From Candidatus Blackburnbacteria bacterium (GTDB taxonomy: Bacteria > Patescibacteriota > Microgenomatia > UBA8517 > UBA10165), in NCBI GenBank assembly GCA_016183565.1, contig JACPEJ010000001.1:614479-678478 (forward strand): a stretch of 64,000 nt of DNA, written 5' to 3'. This document shows positions 1 through 8,976 of the stretch, piece by piece. The notes under the pieces were generated by a model. The model was given only the letters and a program-made list of their open reading frames with translations, was not told the origin of the DNA and did not search any database. The position numbers and the translations under genes were made by a program. Each line of letters starts with the position of its first letter. Within the stretch, counting starts at the first letter, position 1.

Positions 1-292
1 AAACTTTAAGCAACAAAACGAAAACACCTTTGTGGTGTTATTTGTAGTACCTCAAAGTTTTATTAAAGGCTTTCTGGCCTATTCAGATAAAATATTTGCT
101 GAGGTTAAGTTGAATGATCTTACCGAATGATTCTTTTGGTGAAGGTATCCTTCGGCAAGCTCAGGACTATAGCCTTACGAGGGAGCGAATGTTGGCGGAA
201 GATTTTCTGATCCATCTTAGCCACAAGGATCGAAACTTTATCCTCTCCAATTCACCTCAATCAGAAGATTCTCTTTCTGCTATATTGAGCAT

Positions 293-622
293 ATGGCTTG
301 GAAAGTTTTCTTCTTTCATACACCCAGAGGCGAGTATCCTGTCAAGGAGTTTATTGAAAAGCAGGATAGAAACACGGTTGCAAAAATTAACCTTTCGATA
401 AGATTGTTAATAGATTATGGTCCATTTTTAAAACCACCAGACATTAAAAAGTTACAAAATAAATTATATGAACTTCGCATTCAGGGTAAATCGTCAATAA
501 GAATTTTCTATACAATAGTTGCAGGAGAATATTATTTGCTCCATGTTTTTATGAAGAAAAGTCAGAAAACACCCCCCAAAGAATTAAAAGTGGCACTTGA
601 CAGAATGAAGAAAGTAATATAG
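293..622 (+). CDS. Type II toxin, RelE/ParE superfamily (phage Gp49-like / HigB-like), 109 aa
   Basis: Translation MAWKVFFFHTPRGEYPVKEFIEKQ...LYELRIQGKSSIRIFYTIVAGEYYLLHVFMKKSQKTPPKEL matches the Gp49-like toxin pattern (LYELRI...RIFY...LLH.F.KK.QKTP). It lies immediately upstream of an XRE-HTH gene. The overlapping ORF 114..401 is probably spurious or a remnant. Confidence 0.7.
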   Translation: MAWKVFFFHTPRGEYPVKEFIEKQDRNTVAKINLSIRLLIDYGPFLKPPDIKKLQNKLYELRIQGKSSIRIFYTIVAGEYYLLHVFMKKSQKTPPKELKVALDRMKKVI

Positions 623-658
623 CATATGTGCTATAAATATAAAATATAGGAGGGGTAT

Positions 659-940
659 ATGAAAAGACAACATTTAGATTTTGAAGTATGGGAAAAGGAG
701 GCTTTAAAAGATCCTAAACTGAGGGCAGAATATGACAAACTACAGCCACAGTTTGCTATTCTAACAGCAAGGATTGAAAAAAGATTAACTCAAAAAGAGT
801 TAGCCCAAAAGATTGGCACTAAACAATCGGTTATCTCGAGACTTGAGTCTGGCAGAGCTAATCCATCAATTGCTTTCCTTAAAAGATTAGCCCAAGCTTT
901 AAGCTCTCATTTAGAAATTAGATTTACTAATTTTAAATAA
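659..940 (+). CDS. XRE-family helix-turn-helix antitoxin (HigA-like), 93 aa
   Basis: Contains the motif RLTQKELAQKIGTKQSVISRLESG, typical of an XRE/Cro HTH. A strong RBS (aggagg) sits 7 nt upstream of the ATG. The gene lies 36 nt downstream of the toxin gene. Confidence 0.7.
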   Translation: MKRQHLDFEVWEKEALKDPKLRAEYDKLQPQFAILTARIEKRLTQKELAQKIGTKQSVISRLESGRANPSIAFLKRLAQALSSHLEIRFTNFK

Positions 941-1100
941 TTCTATTGTACTTTGCTATGCATCTTTTAAGCCAAAAAGATTGTAAGATATCATCCTGCT
1001 CACACTTCGTAAGGCTTGGTGTAAACTAAACCTGACTTGACTTTAGATGCGAATATTGGCATGATGAAAGTGGCGCAACGTAATATTCTCGGCCTGCCTA

Positions 1101-1733
1101 ATGGAAACTTTTTCCACTAAGTATCATATTTTTGGCTTTGGTCACAGGTTGGTTTATTTAATAACCTTCTTTCTCATAACCCCTATAACTCTTGCAACAA
1201 GCTTGTTTGCATTGACAATTGTTTCGCCTAAACCCCAAAAGCCACAACTCACACTTGAAACAAGTTCCCTTCGTTCGCCTAAGTATGGGTCGCGAGTATA
1301 TGCTGCAATTCCCAACCCAATAGGAGAGGTAAGGGGAGCTTTTACAACTGCAGATGCGCGATCCGAAATAATAAAGCAATATTTAGAGAAATATAACTCT
1401 CCTTTGCTACCTTATGCCCAGAATTTAGTTGTTACAGCTGAAAAGTATGGTCTTGATTTTCGCCTTCTTGTTGCTATAGCTCAACAAGAATCAAATCTGT
1501 GTAAAAAAATACCTGAGGATTCTTATAATTGTTGGGGGTGGGGAATACACAGTAAGGGAACCTTGCGCTTCCAAAGCTATCCGGAGGCGATCGAGGAAGT
1601 TGCCCAGGGGCTCAAGGAAGATTATTTTGATAAAGGATATACAACCCCTGAGGATATAATGAAAAAGTACACCCCCTTTTCCCCAGGTACCTGGGCAGCA
1701 GGTATTCAACAGTTCCTAGGAGAGATGGAGTAG
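1101..1733 (+). CDS. Membrane-anchored lytic transglycosylase-like (SLT/lysozyme-like) protein
   Basis: An N-terminal TM helix is followed by LLVAIAQQESNL, an SLT-type catalytic ES motif. Confidence 0.5.
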   Translation: METFSTKYHIFGFGHRLVYLITFFLITPITLATSLFALTIVSPKPQKPQLTLETSSLRSPKYGSRVYAAIPNPIGEVRGAFTTADARSEIIKQYLEKYNSPLLPYAQNLVVTAEKYGLDFRLLVAIAQQESNLCKKIPEDSYNCWGWGIHSKGTLRFQSYPEAIEEVAQGLKEDYFDKGYTTPEDIMKKYTPFSPGTWAAGIQQFLGEME

Positions 1734-1851
1734 CGTCATAGCTCTATAGCTTAACTGCTTAATAGTCTTCTAATTTAATCCACCTTATAGTTTTAGCCTA
1801 CCATACAGCAAGTGAGCGATGAAGCTATAAGGCTATAAAGCCCATAATTAC

Positions 1852-1880
1852 TTGACATTTCGTATTTTATATGGTAGAGT
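1852..1880 (+). promoter_or_regulatory. Sigma70-like promoter (TTGACA-17-TAGAGT)
   Basis: TTGACA at 1852-1857, a 17-nt spacer, then TAGAGT at 1875-1880. Confidence 0.45.
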
Positions 1881-1887
1881 ATGTTCA

Positions 1888-2035
1888 GATCCTGAGGTTT
1901 GTAGCGTAAAAACCTACGGACTTCGGGGTTTGGTCTCGCCAGTTCTAAAGACTAGGCGGACCACGGAGGCTAAGACGTAACCCGTCTGAGCCTCCACCAA
2001 GAAGCGCTCCAACATCTTTCGGAGCGCTTTTTTTG
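1888..2035 (+). ncRNA. Candidate small non-coding RNA (~150 nt), unknown family
   Basis: A promoter lies upstream and there is no ORF. A strong internal hairpin is present (GGAGGCUAAGACG-UAACC-CGUCUGAGCCUCC). The element ends in an intrinsic terminator. Confidence 0.35.
2002..2035 (+). terminator. Rho-independent terminator
   Basis: Stem AAGCGCTCC/GGAGCGCTT with a 10-nt loop, followed by a T7 run. Confidence 0.65.
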
Positions 2036-2080
2036 CTTATTTCGTACCTAACCAATTTTTGCTTGTTGTCTAACTAAGAT

Positions 2081-2134
2081 CTCCCGAGGTGCCAAGCTAT
2101 TCCACCTCCCAGGTGGAATACCAGGTGGAATACC
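2081..2134 (+). repeat. REP-like palindromic element, copy a (tandem GGTGGAATACC duplication at the 3' end)
   Basis: Sequence: TCCCGAGGTGCCAAGCTATTCCACCTCCCAGGTGGAATACCAGGTGGAATACC. Confidence 0.8.
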
Positions 2135-2169
2135 AACACTACCTTCTATCTATCGACTTATAGTACTAA

Positions 2170-2181
2170 ATATGGTATAAT
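2170..2181 (+). promoter_or_regulatory. Extended -10 promoter (TGgTATAAT)
   Basis: TGGTATAAT lies ~45 nt upstream of the GTG start at 2227. A GAGGAGAG RBS sits 8 nt before that start. Confidence 0.45.
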
Positions 2182-2226
2182 ACCTCAGCCAAAAATTGGC
2201 TAGCACTTTGAGAGGAGAGCGTGTAA

Positions 2227-2607
2227 GTGAAGCTTACCTGGGACGATCTGTTCAGGAGCGTCAATCTGATTGGTTGCGACATCGAAACTAGGGAAGGTGG
2301 TAGGTTCTACCGCGGCCCGATCAGCACCGTCGTACACACGGGCGGGCACGTACAAATCCAGACAGCTTGGCTTGCGAGCAGGCCAGTAAGAGATGGCTGC
2401 TGGGTCGAAGATCGTTCGCAGGCCGATATATTGTGTGGAGGAGCAACTGACTTCATTCAGGGCCCATTTCTCCAAGAACAGGAGGGCTACATCGGGTTTT
2501 CCCTTCCATACATCGGCTCGGCTAAGATCTACCTGCGTGGACCCAGACTGATCCGGCGGATGGTGCCAGTCTTCGCGCTGGAAACCCGCACAGCAGCTGC
2601 GGCCTGA
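2227..2607 (+). CDS. Hypothetical protein (126 aa, GTG start) in a ~57% GC islet
   Basis: A strong RBS plus promoter upstream and a terminator downstream favour the + strand. The antisense frame is also open (2200..2616), as expected at high GC. No family was recognised. Confidence 0.35.
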   Translation: MKLTWDDLFRSVNLIGCDIETREGGRFYRGPISTVVHTGGHVQIQTAWLASRPVRDGCWVEDRSQADILCGGATDFIQGPFLQEQEGYIGFSLPYIGSAKIYLRGPRLIRRMVPVFALETRTAAAA

Positions 2608-2646
2608 CCCAATCACATCTGAACATCTCTCAAATCCCTGTCCCTG

Positions 2647-2695
2647 AGCCCCAACGGCAACAACAAACCCGTCTGGGGCTCTTTTCTTTTTTTGC
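2647..2695 (+). terminator. Rho-independent terminator
   Basis: Stem AGCCCCA/TGGGGCT with an inner ACGG/CCGT pairing, then CTTTTCTTTTTTT. Confidence 0.55.
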
Positions 2696-2730
2696 TTTGA
2701 AAAACTGGTTCGTGTACAATCTTCTTCTAA

Positions 2731-3435
2731 ATGACAATAGAAAGGCCAAAGTACAAAGAACAGAGAAGCACATTAAATTGGCAACAGGTAGCTCTAATAC
2801 ATGGCCAAGGAATTATGGGGGCTTGTTTGGCAAGAGAACTTACAACCCTGCCTGCCTTAAAAGAGGAACTGTCTTACCTAATCCACAAAACCCCTCTTTC
2901 ATATGAAGAGATAGTTACGTATTACCTCTTTGGCAAAGGTCTTGACTTGCCAACGGTATTAAATAGCCCCTTTGTTCGTTGCTTTGAAACGACTCCCCAA
3001 TGCAAAGAAGACGAACAGCAATTTTTATCAAACCTAAGACATTCTGCAAACAACACTGCTTTGTGGCCAGAACTTACTAAAACTTTTCAAGAATGGGCAG
3101 AAAGAAGGATACCCTACCTTGCCAGAGGACTTAAGCGAAGTATTCTTAGTCATAGGGTTATAGAACCATTGACAGAAGAGGAAGGAAGATGGAAAACAAA
3201 TGAGGGATATAGGTTATGGAGAAAAAATAACCCAGATCAAGTAAGCAAAATACAAAAAGCAGCTTCCCAAAAAGCCGCCGAAGTCGCAAGTGCGCGCGTC
3301 TTTACTCCCCAAGTACGAGATCAAATACAAAAGTGGTTTGATAGAGGGTTAGATTACCAAACAGTAGTAGAACTTTTGAAGGGAATAGGAGTTTATACAA
3401 CTTGCAAAAGCCTCACATACGCTGCGCGAGAGTAA
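2731..3435 (+). CDS. Hypothetical protein (234 aa)
   Basis: Long ORF in a co-directional block. No recognisable motif. Confidence 0.45.
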   Translation: MTIERPKYKEQRSTLNWQQVALIHGQGIMGACLARELTTLPALKEELSYLIHKTPLSYEEIVTYYLFGKGLDLPTVLNSPFVRCFETTPQCKEDEQQFLSNLRHSANNTALWPELTKTFQEWAERRIPYLARGLKRSILSHRVIEPLTEEEGRWKTNEGYRLWRKNNPDQVSKIQKAASQKAAEVASARVFTPQVRDQIQKWFDRGLDYQTVVELLKGIGVYTTCKSLTYAARE

Positions 3436-3441
3436 CACGAC

Positions 3442-3825
3442 TTGCACTACACTCTTGAAGAAATCAGAGAAAAACAAAGAAGATACCTCAAAGAAGCAGT
3501 AAAAGAGATTTTTCAAATAAGCAGGTCCCGAAAAAAGACCACAGAAATTCTCGAAAAGCTGGGGATAAGCCGAGGAAAAATTCACGATGTTTTAAACCAG
3601 TTGGGATTAAGAGAAAGCGTGGATTGGACAGAGGTTATCGAAGTTGGTGGTATAGCAATAAAACTTGAAGATTTGGCTATCTTATTTATGGCTAGAAAGT
3701 ATTTAACCATTAAAGAAAAATATTTAGCATTCACAACCTACCTTAAAGACGAAGGTATAGATAAAACTATATTTTTCGGATCTTACGAGGGGGTTCGAAA
3801 GAAAATCCTAAAGTCACGATCGTGA
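3442..3825 (+). CDS. Hypothetical protein (127 aa), possible HTH segment
   Basis: The ORF follows the previous gene after 6 nt. The segment TTEILEKLGISRGKIHDVLNQLGL looks HTH-like. Confidence 0.4.
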   Translation: MHYTLEEIREKQRRYLKEAVKEIFQISRSRKKTTEILEKLGISRGKIHDVLNQLGLRESVDWTEVIEVGGIAIKLEDLAILFMARKYLTIKEKYLAFTTYLKDEGIDKTIFFGSYEGVRKKILKSRS

Positions 3826-3923
3826 TAAAATGGTATAATTAACTGGCAAACCCTATACAAACCTTTCCGTTCGCGAGGTCTATGCGTCCTTGCCTCACGA
3901 TAGCGGTTGTACGGGGTAGGCAC

Positions 3924-4010
3924 GCCAGAGTGCTGAAATTGGCAGACAGGCACGGTTTAGGACCGTGTGCTTTTATAAGCGTGTGGGTTCAACTCCCACC
4001 TCTGGCACCA
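3924..4010 (+). tRNA. tRNA-Leu (anticodon TAG), 87 nt with CCA
   Basis: Acceptor GCCAGAG/CTCTGGC, anticodon arm CACGG-TTTAGGA-CCGTG, a long variable arm, T-arm TGGGTTCAACTCCCA, and a 3' ACCA. Confidence 0.8.
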
Positions 4011-4039
4011 ATATCAAACTTTCCGATGTTTACCTGCGC

Positions 4040-4640
4040 TTACCCGCGAGCGTTTTTTAGGGTGCGAGTCCACCACAACAGTTGGTTGATCATGGCTTCC
4101 GCCTGCTTAGTGAGCGAAGCGAAAAGCTCTTTGACATCCATTTTGCCGAATAACATTGAGAAATATTGCTCGCCAGGAATGTGCACGGCGTTTCTGATCG
4201 GCGCCATTTGAAGCTCGATGGCGTTTAGGCGCAATTGCTCCACCGCGCGCTCCGCCAACACTGCCGTAGCTCACAAAAGCAAGCGGCTTGTTATTCCATT
4301 CTGGATATACCCAATCAAGCGCGTTTTTAAGCACCCCGGATGTTCCATGATTGTATTCGGGCGTGACCATAACAAAAGCGTCACCTTCCTCTATTTTCTT
4401 TGTAAAACGCGCGACCGCTTCGTTTTTATAAGGTTCTTGCTTGAATGAAGGGCTTACGGCTTCATTAAAAAATGGCATATCATAGTCGCGCAAGTCAAGC
4501 ACTTCAACAATTACCCCTCCCTGTTTCTTGATTTCCTCTGCGATCCACAGAGCAGCCTTGTCGCTAAAGCGTCCCTCGCGAGTGCTGCCGGCAATTACTT
4601 TGATATGAAGCTGTGTGTTGTTTGTCATAAAATTTGTCAT
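4040..4640 (-). pseudogene. NADPH-dependent FMN reductase (FMN_red family), frameshifted
   Basis: The N-terminal part (MTNNTQLHIKVIAGSTREGRFS...TPEYNHGTSGVLKNALDWV...SYGSVGGAR) is in ORF 4107..4859. The C-terminal part (AVEQLRLNAIELQMAPI...) is in ORF 4040..4261. The two frames switch at about 4245-4250, inside a CGCGCGC run. Confidence 0.6.
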
Positions 4641-5009
4641 ATGCCTTTGCCGAACTTTTTCATCGCTTCGTATAAATCTGTCATATAGAGATATCAGCAT
4701 ATCCTTATCTAGTAATACAAGGCCTATAATACGGAGGCGTTCGTCCTTTTCAGAAATTCTTGCTAAAATAGGTTCAAGCGTGGTTATATAAATACACCAG
4801 CTTTGGCATTTGACACAGGGTAGTGCACATTCTAAACTCAAAGGGATGCCTGAACACATTCACAAAAGTCCTCACAAACAAAGAAAACATTTTACTGTAC
4901 TTTTTCTTCTTGCTCCTGCACTAATTTTCGCATTGGTATTGACCTTTTTGATATCTTTAAGTAGAGAAGAAAGCGCACAGGCTCAGGCAACCAGTGTGAG
5001 GTAAGAACA

Positions 5010-5510
5010 ATGAAACAGTTGATAATACTTTTTGCAATTTTAATAGGAATGATGCTTTTTGTTTATTGGTCATCAAAGCCTGGTAACTTGGAAAATCTGG
5101 TTAGTCGAACAACAACCAGTATTCAAACGACCCAGGGACAAGAGAAAACTGTTAAGATAGGTGATAATAAAATAGTAGTTTCCGTTGCTAAAACGGACGA
5201 GGAACGGCGTGTGGGGCTTTCTGGTCGTGACAGTTTGATAGAAGGCAGCGGAATGCTTTTTGTTTTAGAGCCCAACATTAAACCTTCCTTTTGGATGAAG
5301 GGCGTGAAGTTTCCATTAGATATAATTTGGATTGATGATGGAAAAGTTGTCGAGGTCACGCCGGACATTCAACCTGTTGATGCATCGACCATGGCGATAC
5401 CTACTTATGCACCTACGAAACCTGCTGACTATGCTCTTGAGATTCCGGCAGGGGAAGCAAAGGAAAAGAACATTAAGGCCGGAGACAAGGTAGAACTGCC
5501 CGCCCTCTAA
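5010..5510 (+). CDS. DUF192 domain protein (secreted or membrane-anchored)
   Basis: Signal/TM N-terminus, then GMLFVL...MKGVKFPLDIIWIDDGKVV, the DUF192 (COG1430) pattern. Confidence 0.55.
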   Translation: MKQLIILFAILIGMMLFVYWSSKPGNLENLVSRTTTSIQTTQGQEKTVKIGDNKIVVSVAKTDEERRVGLSGRDSLIEGSGMLFVLEPNIKPSFWMKGVKFPLDIIWIDDGKVVEVTPDIQPVDASTMAIPTYAPTKPADYALEIPAGEAKEKNIKAGDKVELPAL

Positions 5511-5683
5511 TCTCAATATGGCACGCCTCAGAGCCCATTTCAAAACCTGCATTCTACTGCAAGTCAGTGGGATTCGGCTGCAAACTGTTTATCGCTCCTT
5601 GAAGTATGCTCTGATGCTACTTCGTCGCGATGCACAGTTTTCGCTCGAACCCACTGCCTTTCGTGAAGAAAGGAGGCTTTGAA

Positions 5684-6301
5684 ATGCGCTCTACCGCTTT
5701 TATTGCACTAAGTATACCTCTTGAGACAAAAGAGAAGATTGCAACATTGATAGAGCAACTGAGAAGGAAAAACTATCCTTGTGTTTGGACTGATCCTCAA
5801 CAAACCCATATCACCCTAATGTTTTTGGGTAGAATCTCTCAGGAAAGAGTAAATGATGCTATAAAAGCCATTGCAAAAACGGCTGAAGGTTTTGTGCCTT
5901 TTGAGCTTAAAACAGATTCTATAAATTATTTTCAGAGAGAAAAGAGAACTGGGTACCAGACTTTATTTATTGACGTATTGGACCCTGAACGGAAATTACG
6001 CGAGCTTTACAAAAGCCTTTTTGAAAACATAGCAGATGAAGAGTTCTTTCCTCCTGAGAGATTACATCCGCATATTACAATTGGTAGATTAAAAAAGCTA
6101 AAAAGTAAGCAGGAAGCCCAAAGCACGTTTTCTAGGATTATAGCTGAAGATCAAGAGATTTATAGTTCTTTTGTAGTTGATTCGATCAATATATACGAAA
6201 GTATTTATCAGGAACCCTCAGGTGTGACGAATATAAATCAATCAAAAACCAGATATCGTTTAATCAGGAGTATTCCTTTGGGGAAAAACCGTGAAATTTA
6301 G
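5684..6301 (+). CDS. thpR: RNA 2',3'-cyclic phosphodiesterase / 2'-5' RNA ligase family (ThpR/LigT)
   Basis: Two H-x-T-x motifs (HITLMFLG and HITIGRL). An AAAGGAGG RBS precedes the ATG at 5684. The ORF is open from 5630. Confidence 0.65.
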   Translation: MRSTAFIALSIPLETKEKIATLIEQLRRKNYPCVWTDPQQTHITLMFLGRISQERVNDAIKAIAKTAEGFVPFELKTDSINYFQREKRTGYQTLFIDVLDPERKLRELYKSLFENIADEEFFPPERLHPHITIGRLKKLKSKQEAQSTFSRIIAEDQEIYSSFVVDSINIYESIYQEPSGVTNINQSKTRYRLIRSIPLGKNREI

Positions 6302-6878
6302 ACTGAACACTAAGTATTTATTTGGTCCTTTAGTTATGGCCGTGGTAGTTAGTACGACTTTTGTTGGAGGGTATGTATTGGGCGTATGGGACACATCGCA
6401 GATTATGGCAACCAAAGAAAGGAGATTTGTAGAAGATGCTGAGGCTAATCTCTCTCGAAGTCCTACTTCCATCCCTACGATAGGCCGACCAGTGCAAAAG
6501 ACCCCTCAAACTGTTGGTTATTCAGGCCCTGAGCTTTGGGAAGCTGTAAACAGTAGCCGCACTAAACATGGTGTTAATACTCTTTCACAACGAGATATTC
6601 TTTGTACGATAGCTGCAATTCGGCTTTCCGAGATACGACAACTTGGGAAGCTTGATGGACATGATGGTTTTCAGGGAGTTTTTGATAAGTATAAAGGAGA
6701 TCTGGAAATGCCAAGCAATGTTTCAGAATTTTTAATCTCAGGCTATCCCACGCCGGATCAAGCGGTTGATGCTTGGCTTAATACCCTTGGTCACAGAAAG
6801 TTGGTTGCAGGAGGGGAATATGTCTGGGGTTGTATCTATGCTGCTGAGGGTTTCGGAGTTGCTATAACAGGATTCTAA
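6291..6878 (+). CDS. CAP-domain (YkwD-like) secreted protein
   Basis: TM/signal N-terminus. The C-terminal segment AVDAWLNTLGHRKLVAGGEYVWGC resembles the CAP/YkwD motif (xxAWMNSxGHRxNIL). Confidence 0.5.
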   Translation: MKFRLNTKYLFGPLVMAVVVSTTFVGGYVLGVWDTSQIMATKERRFVEDAEANLSRSPTSIPTIGRPVQKTPQTVGYSGPELWEAVNSSRTKHGVNTLSQRDILCTIAAIRLSEIRQLGKLDGHDGFQGVFDKYKGDLEMPSNVSEFLISGYPTPDQAVDAWLNTLGHRKLVAGGEYVWGCIYAAEGFGVAITGF

Positions 6879-6901
6879 GGTGATACAATTGATATGTTGA
6901 T

Positions 6902-7126
6902 ATGCTTCAAGATGCTGGGCGGGTGATAATAGTCGTAGGAATAGTTCTTATAATACTTGGTAGTCTTTTGTGGTTTTTTGGCAAAATGCCTTTCTTGGGT
7001 AAATTACCCGGGGATATATTTATAAAAAGAGATGGATTTTCTTTTTACGCTCCAATAACTACGACTATTATTATAAGTATATTGTTTTCAATAGTTCTTA
7101 CGATAATCGCTAATCTAAGAAAGTGA
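6902..7126 (+). CDS. DUF2905 small membrane protein
   Basis: LPGDIFIKRDGFSFYAPITTTIIISILFSIVLTII matches the DUF2905 pattern. Confidence 0.55.
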   Translation: MLQDAGRVIIVVGIVLIILGSLLWFFGKMPFLGKLPGDIFIKRDGFSFYAPITTTIIISILFSIVLTIIANLRK

Positions 7127-7890
7127 CCCGCCGCATACTCATTGTATTGCCATGGCTTTTACTTATTATTCTTGGCATTGCTTTTTTAAGCACTCGGCCT
7201 TTTGTAATTCCTAAAGTTCCTCAAACTCCCAATCTACTGTCTTCTGTGTCACAGACACCAACACCAGGAGAAGAAGATCATTTAGTATCGGTAACGCGGG
7301 TGATTGATGGGGATACTGTGGAAATTCAAGGTGGGGAGAGGGTGCGATATATCGGTGTCGACACACCAGAAAGAGATGAGTGTTTTGGACCAGAGGCAAC
7401 GCAGGCGAACAAGGGTCTTGTGGAGGGGAAAAAAGTTCGGCTAGAAAAAGATGTCCAAGAAAAGGATAAGTACGGAAGAATGCTGACGTATGTTTGGATA
7501 GAAGATGTTATGGTGAACGAAAGGTTAGTCCAAGAAGGATATGCGCAAGTTGCCACTTATCCGCCAAATGTGCGTTATCAAGAAAGGTTTGTTAAGGCAC
7601 AGGAGGAGGCAAGAAAGGGAAATAGAGGGTTGTGGGCACCCAACACTTGTTCAGCATCTTCAACGCCTGGAGAAGTTCGAGCGGCCACTCCCGAGGTGGG
7701 TGTTCAAGTAGAAGGAGTCCGAACAGAATGCGAGATTAAGGGTAATATTAACTCAACGGGCGAAAAGATATACCATATGCCTGGGCAGAGGTATTATGAC
7801 AAAACTCAGATTGAGGAAACTCGTGGCGAGCGCTGGTTTTGTTCGGAGGAGGAAGCAGTCCAAGCAGGTTGGAGGAAATCTAAAGTATAG
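7123..7890 (+). CDS. Thermonuclease (SNase-like) family protein with N-terminal TM anchor
   Basis: VIDGDTVEIQGGERVRYIGVDTPE...YGRMLTYVW...LVQEGYA are micrococcal-nuclease catalytic motifs. A C-terminal KGNIN...YH.PG..YYDKT....RWFCSEEEA..AGWR domain follows. Confidence 0.7.
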   Translation: MTRRILIVLPWLLLIILGIAFLSTRPFVIPKVPQTPNLLSSVSQTPTPGEEDHLVSVTRVIDGDTVEIQGGERVRYIGVDTPERDECFGPEATQANKGLVEGKKVRLEKDVQEKDKYGRMLTYVWIEDVMVNERLVQEGYAQVATYPPNVRYQERFVKAQEEARKGNRGLWAPNTCSASSTPGEVRAATPEVGVQVEGVRTECEIKGNINSTGEKIYHMPGQRYYDKTQIEETRGERWFCSEEEAVQAGWRKSKV

Positions 7891-7911
7891 TGTGTTAAAA
7901 TATCGCACTAG

Positions 7912-8976
7912 ATGGACCACAAAGCTTATTTTGCTCCATATGCCTCGAGGGTAAATACATTTCTTCATCAACACCTTGAGAAGAAGATAAACTATGATAA
8001 AGAGATTTCATCCATTTCTTCTGGTGTATGGGAGAAGATTGAAAGCTTTATAATTGGCGGAAAGAGAATAAGAGCTGGGCTGGTTAAGTTGGGGTACGAG
8101 TCTTGCAACAAAAGGGCAACAAATTCACTTCTTCCTGTATCTGCTGCAATTGAGATACTTCATGGGTCAATCCTAATTCATGATGATATTGCTGACCAAG
8201 ATGAGATACGGCATGGTAATCCTACTGTGCACAAGGTTTATGAGGCACATCATAAGAAGAATTATAAAAAGGGTGATTCTGCCCATTATGGCGAGAGTAT
8301 GAGCATTATTGTTGGAGATACCGGGCTTTACGAAGCTCCGTTTTTGATAAGTACCAGCAAATTCCCAGAGGGGTTAAAAATCAAAGCTCTTAATCATTTG
8401 TTTAAATATTTTATTGACACAGCTTACGGTGAGCTTTTGGATATTGATCTTGGATATAGAGCAAAGATTACTGAAAAGGAAATTATGTCAATTTATACGC
8501 TTAAAACAGCTTGGTATACGATTTGTGGTCCTTTGCAGGTTGGTGCAATATTGGCGGGCGCAAATAGCGCACATGTTAAGCGTTTTGAAAATTATGCAAT
8601 TCCTTTGGGTATTGCTTTTCAAATACAGGATGATATTTTAGGAATCTTTGGTGATGAGGGAAAAACCGGAAAATCTGCAGCTTCAGATATAAAAGAAGGG
8701 AAAAACACCTTGCTTTATACCCAAGCTATCAAAAAAGGAGCCCCAAAACAGCAAAGGCGCCTTCAATCTTTATGGGGGGATAGAAACTTGACTGCTTCAG
8801 AAATTGAGGAAGCAAGACAGATAGTAGTTAATTCGGGTTCTCTGAAATATTGCCAAAAAATGGCTGCAAAACTTGCAAAGAGATCCCAGGAGGGGGTGTT
8901 ATCCATCACAAAGAACAAAGAGCTGCAGGAAGTTTATGTTACTCTTGCAGATTTTGTAGTCAACCGCAAACACTAA
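7912..8976 (+). CDS. trans-Isoprenyl (polyprenyl) diphosphate synthase
   Basis: Two aspartate-rich motifs (HDDIADQD and QIQDDILG). Confidence 0.75.
   Translation: MDHKAYFAPYASRVNTFLHQHLEKKINYDKEISSISSGVWEKIESFIIGGKRIRAGLVKLGYESCNKRATNSLLPVSAAIEILHGSILIHDDIADQDEIRHGNPTVHKVYEAHHKKNYKKGDSAHYGESMSIIVGDTGLYEAPFLISTSKFPEGLKIKALNHLFKYFIDTAYGELLDIDLGYRAKITEKEIMSIYTLKTAWYTICGPLQVGAILAGANSAHVKRFENYAIPLGIAFQIQDDILGIFGDEGKTGKSAASDIKEGKNTLLYTQAIKKGAPKQQRRLQSLWGDRNLTASEIEEARQIVVNSGSLKYCQKMAAKLAKRSQEGVLSITKNKELQEVYVTLADFVVNRKH

Noticed and set aside
114-401. 95-aa ORF overlapping the toxin gene start
   Set aside because: It is in a different frame and overlaps the Gp49-like toxin whose N-terminus (MAWKVFFF) fits the family. 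Probably non-coding or a decayed remnant.
2200-2616. Antisense 138-aa ORF overlapping the GC-rich + strand gene
   Set aside because: High GC opens both strands. Only the + strand has a promoter, SD, start and terminator. The antisense ORF is most likely an artefact.
3882-4211. 109-aa ORF overlapping tRNA-Leu and running antisense to the FMN reductase
   Set aside because: It overlaps a confidently identified tRNA and the C-terminal coding region of the reductase on the other strand. Spurious.
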